Under the pieces are notes generated by a model. It searched no databases, was not told where the DNA came from, and saw only the letters and a list, made by a program, of their open reading frames with translations. A stretch of DNA of 64,000 nt from NCBI GenBank assembly GCA_963793305.1, contig CAWBZV010000005.1:1024001-1088000 (forward strand), read 5' to 3'. This DNA is from an uncultured Gemmatimonadales bacterium. GTDB taxonomy: Bacteria; Gemmatimonadota; Gemmatimonadetes; Gemmatimonadales; Gemmatimonadaceae. Position numbers and translations under genes: made by a program. Position 1 is the stretch's first letter; every line of letters begins with the position of its first letter. Below are positions 1-8,382 of the stretch, in pieces.

Positions 1-69
1 GCTTCTTGGGAGCCCGACTACGGCCGAAGCTCAGCAGCCGAAGACCGCCGCCGGGGTGTCGCTCGATGA
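1..69 (+). CDS. tsaB: C-terminal fragment of probable tRNA threonylcarbamoyladenosine biosynthesis protein TsaB (runs off the window start)
   Basis: Frame 1 reads ASWEPDYGRSSAAEDRRRGVAR*, with an EPxYxR TsaB-type tail. Its TGA overlaps the rimI ATG (ATGA), the usual tsaB-rimI arrangement. Confidence 0.6.
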   Translation, partial: ASWEPDYGRSSAAEDRRRGVAR

Positions 70-545
70 TGGCCGTCCGCCCGGAGCGCCTCGCGATCAC
101 GCTCCGCCGCGCCACCATGCCCGATCTCGACGAGATCGTCGCGATCGAGCGCGCGTCGTTCTCCGACCCGCCCTGGTCGCGCGACTCGTTCCTGGTGCTC
201 GTGGACAGCCCCCGCGCCTACTTCACGGTTGCATGCGCGTCGCCAGCTGAGCACGTGATCGGCTACGTCGTCGCCTGGTTCGTCGCCGACGAGGCCGAGA
301 TCGCGAACCTGGCGGTCGCACCGGACCGCCGCGGCCGCGGGGTCGGCTCGCGCTTGCTCGACGCGGCCCTCGTCGAGGCCCGCCTGGACGGCGCGCGCGT
401 CGTCCACCTTGAGGTGCGCGACTCGAACGCGGCGGCCCGCGCGCTCTACGGGTCGCGCGGGTTCTTAGCGGTCGGCCGCCGCCGCCGCTACTATCGAGAT
501 CCAGTCGAAGATGCGTTACTACTGCGCCGCGATTTGGAACCGTGA
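66..545 (+). CDS. rimI: Ribosomal-protein-alanine N-acetyltransferase (GNAT)
   Basis: IERASFSDPPW, EAEIANLAV, RRGRGVG, LEVRDSNAAARALY and RRRYYRDPVEDAL motifs. Start placed at ATG 66, coupled to the upstream stop. Confidence 0.92.
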   Translation: MMAVRPERLAITLRRATMPDLDEIVAIERASFSDPPWSRDSFLVLVDSPRAYFTVACASPAEHVIGYVVAWFVADEAEIANLAVAPDRRGRGVGSRLLDAALVEARLDGARVVHLEVRDSNAAARALYGSRGFLAVGRRRRYYRDPVEDALLLRRDLEP

Positions 546-596
546 TGATACGGATCGAGCGCGGGGTCTTAAATTGCCAGCAAACGGGGAGGTGCT

Positions 597-1092
597 ATGG
601 GCCGCAGCCTGAATAGAGTGCAGTTGATCGGAAATCTCGGAAAGGACCCGGAAGTACGTTCGACGTTCGAACGGTGGCCGGGTCGCGAATTTCACGCTCG
701 CGACGAGCCGCACCTGGAACTCCCAGGCCGGAGAGCGCCAGGAGAAGACGGAGTGGCACAACTGCGTCGCGTGGAACTCCAAGAACTACAATCTCGCCGA
801 CATCGTCGAGCGCTATTGCAAGAAGGGCAAGCAGGTCTACGTCGAGGGCGAGATCGAGTATCGCTCGTACGAGAAGGAGGGCCAGACGCGCTACATCACC
901 GAGATCAAGGTCCGCGAGCTGATCCTGCTCGGCGGCCGCGGCGGAGACTCGGACGATGCTGGCGCACCACCACCAGCCCGTTCCTCCCGCGCGCCCGCCG
1001 AACGCGCGAAGACCAGCGCGAAATCCGGCAGCGAGGATTTCGATGACTTCCCGGGCGCCCTCGAAGAGTCCGACGACGACTTGCCGTTCTAA
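597..1092 (+). CDS. ssb: Single-stranded DNA-binding protein, split by a +1 insertion at 666/667
   Basis: MGRSLNRVQLIGNLGKDPEVRST, then in the next frame SNGGRVANFTLATS...EKTEWHNCVAW...EESDDDLPF*. Canonical DDLPF tail and GGGGAGG RBS. Confidence 0.93.
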
Positions 1093-1094
1093 AG

Positions 1095-1150
1095 ACCTTA
1101 TATAGTAGGCGTTGTGCTTGTTTTCTGGTGTAACGCCTAGTATGTTAGGT
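1095..1150 (+). promoter_or_regulatory. Paired palindromic operators overlapping the probable hipBA promoter
   Basis: ACCTTATATAGTAGGC (1095-1110) and GCCTAGTATGTTAGGT (1135-1150), both CCT-N8-AGG. TAGGCGTT/AACGCCTA inverted repeat. TTGTTT-17bp-TATGTT just upstream of GTG 1153. Confidence 0.6.
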
Positions 1151-1152
1151 GA

Positions 1153-1431
1153 GTGCTATTACTTCCCATCGTCGGCGAGCAGATCGCCAGCAGGCGCAGA
1201 GCGCTAGGACTGACCCAGCCCGAGCTTGCCAAGAAAGCCAGGGTCGGGCTCTCCACGCTCGATGCGCTGGAAAACGGGCGCTTGGGTGAACTGGGCTATT
1301 CTAGGATAACGAACATCCTGACCGCGCTCGGGCTGGAGCTGAAGCTCCAGGAAGCGCACGCGCGCCGGCCGACGCTTGAAGAACTGATGGACGAAGAAGG
1401 CGATGATCAAGGTTTGGGCCGACGCCGCTGA
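1153..1431 (+). CDS. hipB: XRE-family HTH antitoxin (HipB-like)
   Basis: RRRALGLTQPELAKKARVGLSTLDALENG HTH. Overlaps a HipA gene downstream. Confidence 0.85.
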   Translation: MLLLPIVGEQIASRRRALGLTQPELAKKARVGLSTLDALENGRLGELGYSRITNILTALGLELKLQEAHARRPTLEELMDEEGDDQGLGRRR

Positions 1432-2632
1432 GGCGGGCCTGCTCGACCGATATGACGGACGCGGCAGCGCGTTCGCGTATCAGCCCGGGGTATCGCCTGC
1501 GCGCGCGGTGTCCGCCACTATGCCCGTGCGCCTGCCTTCGTATAACGCGCCTTTCGGGCTTCTGCCCATTTTCGAGATGAACCTGCCCGAGGGCGTGTTG
1601 CGCGAGCGGTTACGTCTCGCGTTTGCCAAGGCCACGGGCACGTTCGATGACTTCGACTTGCTGGGCATCGTTGGGCGCTCGCAGGTCGGCCGGATTCGCT
1701 ATACGGGCCAGCAGGAGGATTTGCGGGAGGACGTGCCGTTCCAGTCGGTTGATGAGATTCTCCAGAAACGGCGCGGCGGAGAACTGCTGCGCTATCTGAT
1801 CGACAAATTCGCCACCTTCTCGGGCATCAGCGGCGTGCAGCCCAAGATTCTGGTGCGCGACGACGCGGCTTCCTCGGCACTGAACAAAGGCCATCGCCGT
1901 CGCTCGGAGAGTTTTCACGGCGCCACACACATCGTCAAGTTCTGGGAGCAGAACGAGTATCCACAACTGGCGGCCAACGAGTATTTCTGCCTCAAGGTTG
2001 CGGAACAATGCGGCCTGGAGGTTCCGCCCTACCGGCTGTCCGAGGACGCGCTCGCGCTGGTCGTCGACCGTTTCGATCTGCGGCCGGACGGCACCTACCG
2101 CGGCTTCGAGGATTTTTGCGTGCTCAACGCTCGCCGCACCGATCAGAAATACAGCGGTAGTTACGAGAGCTCCATCATGAAACGCTTCGTCCAGTTTGCC
2201 AACTCGTCACACGTTGGCGAAGACCTGGAACGCCTCTTCACGCTCATCGCGATCAATTGCGCGCTACGGAACGGCGACGCCCATTTGAAGAATTTCGGTA
2301 TTCTGTATGATGACGTGCAGGGCGAAGCCCGTCTCGCGCCGGTCTACGATGTGGTGACCACGTCCGTCTACCTCGCCAAAGACACCATGGCGCTCACCCT
2401 GAACGGAACCACCAGATGGGCGAGCGCCAAAGAGCTGCAACGGGTGGGCGTGACCCGCATGGGCGGCACTCCGGCCCGCGTGAAAGAAATTCTCGATCGC
2501 GTTGACACCGCGATGGCGTCCACGGCCACCGAGATGCGCGCCTACATCGGGGCGCACGCGGAATTCGCGGACCTCGGCCATCGCATGCTCCGCGAATGGG
2601 AACAGGGCGCGGCGCATTCGCTGAGGCGCTAA
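1403..2632 (+). CDS. hipA: Type II toxin-antitoxin HipA-family kinase toxin
   Basis: N-terminal couple domain (FEMNLPEG), SGISGVQPK P-loop, LVVDRFD, NGDAHLKNFG and LAPVYDVV motifs. Confidence 0.95.
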   Translation: MIKVWADAAEAGLLDRYDGRGSAFAYQPGVSPARAVSATMPVRLPSYNAPFGLLPIFEMNLPEGVLRERLRLAFAKATGTFDDFDLLGIVGRSQVGRIRYTGQQEDLREDVPFQSVDEILQKRRGGELLRYLIDKFATFSGISGVQPKILVRDDAASSALNKGHRRRSESFHGATHIVKFWEQNEYPQLAANEYFCLKVAEQCGLEVPPYRLSEDALALVVDRFDLRPDGTYRGFEDFCVLNARRTDQKYSGSYESSIMKRFVQFANSSHVGEDLERLFTLIAINCALRNGDAHLKNFGILYDDVQGEARLAPVYDVVTTSVYLAKDTMALTLNGTTRWASAKELQRVGVTRMGGTPARVKEILDRVDTAMASTATEMRAYIGAHAEFADLGHRMLREWEQGAAHSLRR

Positions 2633-3438
2633 CGGATTTTTGTCGCGGCCCGGTCGCGACCGTACTGATGGAGCACGAGGCCCGTCACAGTACCACTCGC
2701 GTCGCGAGTGAACGTAAGCTGGGCGTCCACCTCGCGGACGAAAAAGTCGCTGCTGCTCTCCGGCCAGAGCCTCACGGGAGTCCCGCCCTCGGTCGACCGC
2801 GCAAAGAGCGCCCCGTCGTGTATCGTGAGATCGAGCTCCAGTCCCGGAACGAGCTGGTAGACGCCGACGTACGGCGCCAGCGCAGACGCCGGCAACTCGA
2901 CCACGGTGTGCTGCCTGGGCGGGAGTGCTGACGGTGGCACCATGCCGAGCAGTCGCATGTAGGTCGAGATCTGACCGTAGTGCTCCGCCAGATCAGTATC
3001 GAGCGCGAGTAATGTCCTCGCCAGCGCTGGCAACTGAGGTGTCCCCACGCGCTCCATTGCCCTGTCGCAGAAAGCGAGTGACGCCTTGAGGCGCGTCACG
3101 AGGGTGTCCTTGGGCCACCGCGCTTTGACGGTATCCGCCAACGAATCCTTGCTCGTCGTGGCGTGTTTCAGGTCGCCGAGGCGCTCGCACAGACTATAGT
3201 TCGCGTCCTCGAGATGCTGGGCGATATAGCCGATCGTCTGTTGTGGGGCGGTGGGTCGATAGCCGTATTGGGTCGCGGGGATGGAGTCGAACGCTGCGAC
3301 CAGCCGGCTGCCGTAGACATCCGCGAATGTCTCGAATGCGAACATCATGCGATCGGGCGACTCACGAGTGGCGGACGACTGGGCCGCGAGCACCGTGGGG
3401 AGCACAAGAGAGATGGTGATCAGCGTGTGCTGGCGCAT
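2629..3438 (-). CDS. Exported DinB-like protein fused to a C-terminal DUF3471-type domain
   Basis: Signal peptide. DinB-like YRPT...IAQHL...EHYGQISTYMRLLGMVPPS. C-terminus YVGVYQL...FFVREVDAQLTFTRDASGTVTGLVLHQ is typical of DUF3471. Confidence 0.75.
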   Translation of the reverse strand: MRQHTLITISLVLPTVLAAQSSATRESPDRMMFAFETFADVYGSRLVAAFDSIPATQYGYRPTAPQQTIGYIAQHLEDANYSLCERLGDLKHATTSKDSLADTVKARWPKDTLVTRLKASLAFCDRAMERVGTPQLPALARTLLALDTDLAEHYGQISTYMRLLGMVPPSALPPRQHTVVELPASALAPYVGVYQLVPGLELDLTIHDGALFARSTEGGTPVRLWPESSSDFFVREVDAQLTFTRDASGTVTGLVLHQYGRDRAATKIR

Positions 3439-3883
3439 GCGATTTCTCGATCGAGTTCTTGGGGTCGAGTGCGTGGAGCCGCGGCGGCACTCGAATCTGA
3501 ATTACCAGGATGCGACACCAGATCCGTACCCCGCACAGCGCGTCGCGTTCGACACGTCGGACGGTGGGGTACTCGATCATTGGCAGGCGAGGCGAGTCTT
3601 CACTTGCCAGAGCTATCGTTGCTTCAGAAGCAGACGCGCGCGAACATCGGGATCTCACTGGAAGCGTTACGCTATTTACTACACGTTGCGTCACGTCTGC
3701 TGCCGGAATATCATGGAGAGCGACGCCACTCGTCGAAGCAGCGTCTGTCAGTAGGTCGCTTGCGTGGGCGCTCGACACTCCGCTCTGGGTAGAGCAGTGA
3801 ACGCTGGGCGGGAGTCTCTCGGCGCTATCGGCATGTAGCTTTCTGATTGACGTGAGGCGCGGCAAGATCAACTAGGAGTCTCC

Positions 3884-4288
3884 ATGAAGCTGGGCATTCG
3901 CGGCATGACGCCGTTGCTCCAGGTCTTCGACCTCCCAGTGTCGCTGGCTTTCTATCGCGACATTCTCGGCTTCGAGGTCGTCCAGTCGACGAACGACTGG
4001 GCGTGGCTCAAACGCGATGATGTCGAGCTCATGCTCAACACGGCGTACGAATCTGACGCGCGTCCGCCGGCACCCGACCCCCGCCGCGTTGCCGCGCACG
4101 ACGACACGGCGCTCTACTTCGGCTGCCCAGATGTCGACGCGGCCTACGCGTACCTACGCGCTCGCGGGGTCGCGACGCAGGAGCCGCGCGTCGCGCCATA
4201 TGGCATGAAGCAGTTGTACCTGTCGGATCCCGACGGGTACAACTTGTGCTTTCAATGGCGCGCGGCGGGAGTGGCCGGCGTAGGCTGA
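3884..4288 (+). CDS. VOC/glyoxalase/bleomycin-resistance family protein
   Basis: TPLLQVFD..SLAFYRDILGF, DVDAAY and YGMKQLYLSDPDGYNLCF. AGGAG RBS. Confidence 0.92.
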   Translation: MKLGIRGMTPLLQVFDLPVSLAFYRDILGFEVVQSTNDWAWLKRDDVELMLNTAYESDARPPAPDPRRVAAHDDTALYFGCPDVDAAYAYLRARGVATQEPRVAPYGMKQLYLSDPDGYNLCFQWRAAGVAGVG

Positions 4289-4340
4289 GCGAGCGGCGGC
4301 CCAACGGTGACAAGGTCCACCTGCGGTAGCTGGGTCTCGC
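4252..4340. repeat. Left copy of an 89-bp imperfect direct repeat (partner 6039-6127)
   Basis: Ungapped manual alignment at offset 1787: 77/89 identical, with the core 4283-4340 vs 6070-6127 55/58 identical. Confidence 0.9.
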
Positions 4341-4455
4341 GAGCGACAGGCTTCACGCAATACATCCGCCGGCCACCGATGCACGTGCCGCGACAACGTC
4401 TCTCCGCATCCGAGCGAGGTGGATCCTCGTTCAGTCGCCGCGACTGATCTGGCGC

Positions 4456-5122
4456 TTACTGAAGCGCCACGGCTGGCTTGATGTGTGTCCGTGCCTCGGT
4501 CATGTGCGCGCGCGCGCGACTCATAGCTATTCGGAAGGGCGCAAAAGAGATGCGCTCCAGCCACGGGTCCCATGCGTTCCAGTTCCAGGTCTCGGGGAGC
4601 TCGATTTCGGGGAGATGGCGCCACTGCTGCTTACGGCGCAACCCGAGATAGAGCGTGTCGAAGAGCGCCTTTTCCGCCGTGGCTCGCTGAAACCGCCCCC
4701 ATTTGTCGCCTGGTTCAGCGCCAACTAGCAGGTTCGTTTCGAGTCGATGAAATGCGAACGTCCCCACCGGCGTCTTCATCCTGGCATGTTGCTCGGCTGT
4801 CGCTACGTGCATTCTCGCGTGGAATCTGGGACAGCATGCCGTGCAGATGCAGCGCGGATATGAACGACACGTAAGCTGGCTCCCCCCAGGTTTCCGCGAG
4901 GCGGCCGATCACCAAGTATGGGGTGAAGAGAGTATGCGCCGGGTTGGCCCACAAGCCACGCATGATCCTGGTGACGACGCCGTTCTGCGTGAGTCTGCGC
5001 ATAAGTTTCGATATCGCGACCGCAGATGCCCCGGTTGCGACCGCAACGTCACGTGATGTGAAGATCGGCTCGCGGAGCACGATGTCGCGGATCGCGGCGG
5101 TGCTCAACTCGGTCCGTGGCAT
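4456..5122 (-). CDS. abiEi: Type IV TA antitoxin, AbiEi family, split by a +1 insertion at 4812/4813
   Basis: N-terminal wHTH (IFTSRDVA...LMRRLTQNGVVTRIMRGLW), AYVSFISALHLHGMLSQIP, then MHVAT...ATAEKALFDTLYL in the adjacent frame. Confidence 0.85.
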
Positions 5123-5967
5123 TGGTCGGCTCCTGGCGTCTCTGAGAGCACCTCGCCCATCTCGGTGCGTAACTCTTCGAGCCACAGCCACATGCGTTCC
5201 TTCAGTGGCTCCCAGTCCGAAATGGCGTCGTTCCGCAACTCGTCAGGGAGATACGCCGCGACTTGGGCCTCGAAGCTTGAGCGATCAAACATGGCGACCG
5301 TCTCCGCCGATGCGAGGACTTGCGCCGTGGTCATCCGTGTCTTGATCAGCGCTCGTGCTTCCTCGGTCATCACTGGTCCGCACTCGCGAACGAGATGATC
5401 CATGTCGAACACATTGCGGGTCTGCGGAGGATCGCGGCGTGACAGCGCGAGTACCTTGTGCCAGATCGCGACAGGGCCCGGATACGCCGCAATCCTGGCG
5501 CCAGCGGGTACATGGTAGCGTTTGCAGAGATGCTCAGGAATAGGAACGCGGCTCGCTTCACTCGCCCGTGTTTCCTCGCGATGCGATGCCTCGATCTGCG
5601 TGGCATATTGGATCCCGCCGTATATCAGATTCAGCTTCTGCTTAAATCCGCGCGAGTTGTTGCCGCCGCCGTCGATCACGCTAACAGCGAGATCCGTGAT
5701 GCCGACTTTCAGGAGCGCGCGCCGAAACCCAGGATCTTCGATCAGCAAGTTGCGCAGATGTTCGATGAACTTCGTCGCGCGCTTGGGCATGAGATCGAAA
5801 TCAATGTCCTCCGAGTATCGCGGACTCCGATGGAACAGTCGCAGATTCACGCCGCCCTTGAGGCGCAACGGCGGTTCCCCAATGGTCGGGTCGCGATACT
5901 CCTTGGGCAAATGCATGAGCAAGATGCAGTGGAATGCCTCGCGAACCTCGAGTTCAGTCAGGAGCAT
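5104..5967 (-). CDS. abiEii: Type IV TA toxin, AbiEii/AbiGii nucleotidyltransferase family
   Basis: LKGGVNLRLFHRSPRYSEDIDF (KGG...R.SEDxDF) and a C-terminal HKVLAL...RNVFD motif. Adjacent to abiEi. Confidence 0.9.
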   Translation of the reverse strand: MLLTELEVREAFHCILLMHLPKEYRDPTIGEPPLRLKGGVNLRLFHRSPRYSEDIDFDLMPKRATKFIEHLRNLLIEDPGFRRALLKVGITDLAVSVIDGGGNNSRGFKQKLNLIYGGIQYATQIEASHREETRASEASRVPIPEHLCKRYHVPAGARIAAYPGPVAIWHKVLALSRRDPPQTRNVFDMDHLVRECGPVMTEEARALIKTRMTTAQVLASAETVAMFDRSSFEAQVAAYLPDELRNDAISDWEPLKERMWLWLEELRTEMGEVLSETPGADQCHGPS

Positions 5968-5973
5968 TGGCTA

Positions 5974-6016
5974 GTATATAACAGTTGTTACCCCGGAAGG
6001 GTATCTACGTATATAC
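5974..6016 (-). promoter_or_regulatory. AT-rich palindromic operator/promoter of the abiE cassette
   Basis: Nested inverted repeats GTATATA(5974-5980)/TATATAC(6010-6016) and TACCC(5989-5993)/GGGTA(5999-6003) directly upstream of the abiEii ATG. Confidence 0.5.
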
Positions 6017-6038
6017 ACTATGTCATGCTCGGCCGCCG

Positions 6039-6127
6039 CTAATGGCGCGCGGTCTGAGCGGGCGCCGTGGGCTGAGGGAGCGGCGGCCCGACGGTGACAA
6101 AGTCCACCTGCGGTAGCTGGGTCTCGC
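6039..6127. repeat. Right copy of the 89-bp imperfect direct repeat; equals the 3' end of the 6039-6773 gene
   Basis: Matches 4252-4340. On the minus strand both copies encode ETQLPQVD.VTVGPPL.QPT....ARH*. Confidence 0.9.
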
Positions 6128-6773
6128 CAAGGGTCACATTCGTGCCCGACCCCACTGCGTCCCCGTCGAGATACGCGACCACACGCTTGGTCTGACCGTC
6201 TTGCCGGTACCATAGATACCGCGTGTACGCTTTGACCAGCGTGTTCCAATCGAGCGAGATCTTCTTGATGAAGTCGAGCGCGTTGCCCACCCGGCAGGTG
6301 AGAAACGTGACTTTGTAGATCTTGTTCGCCTTCATCGCCGTGCCGATGCTGGTGTAGACCGCCCAGTGCGCGAGCCGCCGCTGCGCGCCCGCCGGGTTCA
6401 CGATCTGATCCGTCTGCTTCATGGACTTCCCCGTGGGGTCCCCCGGGAACACGAAGTCGTAGAACGGGTCGACGTAAATCGGCGGATTCCACCCGCGGGC
6501 AAGCTCGAATGTATGGCCCGGTGCGAGCTCGATCGTGCCCTCGCTCAAGCTCAAGGCGCCCCCGTGTCCGACCGCAAAGATCACCTCCCGATCGTTCGTC
6601 ACGTTCGCGAGCCCCTGCACGATCGCGTTTCGCACCTGCTCAGCGCCAAGCGTGTTGCTGATCGGCGCGGATTTGCGATTCTGCGGATCAGCCTTCACGT
6701 ACTGGGCCGCCCATAGGGCATTGAACGCCGGTCCGACACGTGAGGGGGAGGGGTCGTAGAAGACGAGAGGCAT
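6039..6773 (-). CDS. Hypothetical protein with caspase/clan CD-like His-Cys motifs
   Basis: Gene-like codon usage. VIFAVGHGG (H70) and VTFLTCRVG (C160, the only Cys), each following a hydrophobic strand. Confidence 0.7.
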   Translation of the reverse strand: MPLVFYDPSPSRVGPAFNALWAAQYVKADPQNRKSAPISNTLGAEQVRNAIVQGLANVTNDREVIFAVGHGGALSLSEGTIELAPGHTFELARGWNPPIYVDPFYDFVFPGDPTGKSMKQTDQIVNPAGAQRRLAHWAVYTSIGTAMKANKIYKVTFLTCRVGNALDFIKKISLDWNTLVKAYTRYLWYRQDGQTKRVVAYLDGDAVGSGTNVTLGETQLPQVDFVTVGPPLPQPTAPAQTARH

Positions 6774-6892
6774 GGTAGAGAATACTACGGCCGGGCCTCA
6801 CCGCGTTATACTGGAAGAGGCGTGCAGGGCGCCACCCGTCCGCGGGCAGGACCGAGTCCACCTGGTAGTAAAAACTCGACATACGGTTCTTC

Positions 6893-6950
6893 ACGAACCT
6901 CCTTTCGCCCGACGACCAGCGGACCCCGGGCAGCCCTCGAGGAGGTCCGT
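6893..6950 (+). promoter_or_regulatory. Candidate cis-regulatory leader hairpin sequestering the RBS
   Basis: ACGAACCTCCT (6893-6903) pairs with AGGAGGTCCGT (6940-6950), 10/11 bp. Inner GCCCG/CGGGC helix. ATG at 6952. Confidence 0.55.
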
Positions 6951-6951
6951 C

Positions 6952-8051
6952 ATGCCCGACCGTCATTTCCCCGTCCGCCCCAGTCTTGAACAACTGAAGC
7001 ACCAGGCCAAGGACCTGCTCCGCGCGGAGCCATCCCTCGGCAAGCTCGCGCACGCCCAACACGCGTTGGCGCGAAGCTATGGCCTTCCGAGCTGGCCGCG
7101 ACTCGTGCTCGCCTGCCGCATGACCGACGCGATCTGGCGCGACGATGTCGAAGCCGTACGCGAGCTGGTGCTGCAGCATCCGAGAACGCCCGCGGCGTCG
7201 CCCAAAGCAACTGGGGCCCGCCCAGGTCCTACGCGGCGAACCTCGGCCGCGATCGGATTATCGCCATGCTCCGCGAGCTCGGCGCCGATGACCTGAACTT
7301 CGCCTTCGATCGCGCATGCCTGCAGGGCCGGATCGACACCGCCCGCCAACTCTACGCACTGGGCGCGTGCCCCGATGCCGAATCACTCGCCGGCCCCTGC
7401 GAGACCCAATGCGGCCCGGGCTTCGCATACCTGCTCGATCTCGGCTGCGATCTGCACCTCTCCCACATCGCGCTGCTCCTCCAGACCTACAGCCGCAACC
7501 CTCAGGGCAAGCACCAGTGCCTGGAGGCCGCCGCGACGCACGGCATCGCACTCCCCGACACACCGCCGATGGCGATCCACCGCGGCCGCATCGATCTCCT
7601 GGAACACCATCTCGATCGCATCAACGACACGTTCTCCCATGAGGACATCTATCCACCGTCGCTCGGCTGCGATGCCGATCACACGAAGGCGCTCCACGGG
7701 ACGCCACTGGCGGGCGGCGGATTACTGCACCTCGCCGTCGATAACGACGAGATCGAGATCGCCGAGTGGCTGCTCGCGCACGGCGCCAATGTCAACCTCC
7801 GCGCCGCGATCGATGCCGACGGTTTCGGCGGCCACACGCCACTGTTCGGCTGCGTCGTATCGCAACCGTATCGCGTCGGGCGCCGTTCCTCGATGGCACG
7901 CCTACTGTTAGATCACGGCGCCGACCCCAACGTGCGCGCCTCGCTTCGCAAACGCCTGCGCTTCGTGGAAGACGAGACGATGCGCGAGTATCGAAATGTG
8001 ACGCCGCTAGAGTGGGTGGACCGCGACGCGATGCGGCTCATCGCCTCGTGA
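6952..8051 (+). pseudogene. Ankyrin-repeat protein with an N-terminal RPSLEQLKHQAKDLL module; frame break near 7183
   Basis: 5' frame MPDRHFPVRPSLEQLKHQAKDLL...QHP continues in another frame as ENARGVAQSNWGPP.SYAANLGRDRIIAML. Ankyrin motifs LLHLAVDNDEIEIAEWLLAHGANVN and LLLDHGADPN. Confidence 0.75.
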
Positions 8052-8364
8052 AGAACACCATCATGCCCAGGGCAAAGAGCATCGCCGCGGCGGCGAGCGC
8101 TATCGCGACGACCACGCGCGGTCGCTGGTTCGTCTGGAACGCGCGGAGCGCGCGCTCGTCCAGGTATCGAGATGCCGGATCAGCGCCGGCCTTGATCACG
8201 CCGGCGCGCTCCAGCCGCGCAAGCAGCGGTGATGCCTCGATCCCGATCTGTCGGAGGGGCAGGGCACGCTCGGCTGCCGTCGCGTCCGCCTTGCGGAACG
8301 CGAACAACAGACCATCGAACGCGCGCGCGGCCGAGGCCGCGGCGAAAGCTGCTACGCCTGCCAT
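8038..8364 (-). CDS. Small hypothetical membrane protein
   Basis: 108-aa ORF with one C-terminal TM segment, filling the gap between two + strand genes. Confidence 0.6.
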   Translation of the reverse strand: MAGVAAFAAASAARAFDGLLFAFRKADATAAERALPLRQIGIEASPLLARLERAGVIKAGADPASRYLDERALRAFQTNQRPRVVVAIALAAAAMLFALGMMVFFTRR

Positions 8365-8382
8365 ATCACGTATTTTGACACT

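Noticed and set aside
597..1092. Programmed ribosomal frameshifting or true pseudogene status for ssb and the other split genes
   Set aside because: No slippery heptamers are present. The breaks share sequence motifs across unrelated genes, and ssb is normally essential, so a sequencing artefact is more parsimonious.
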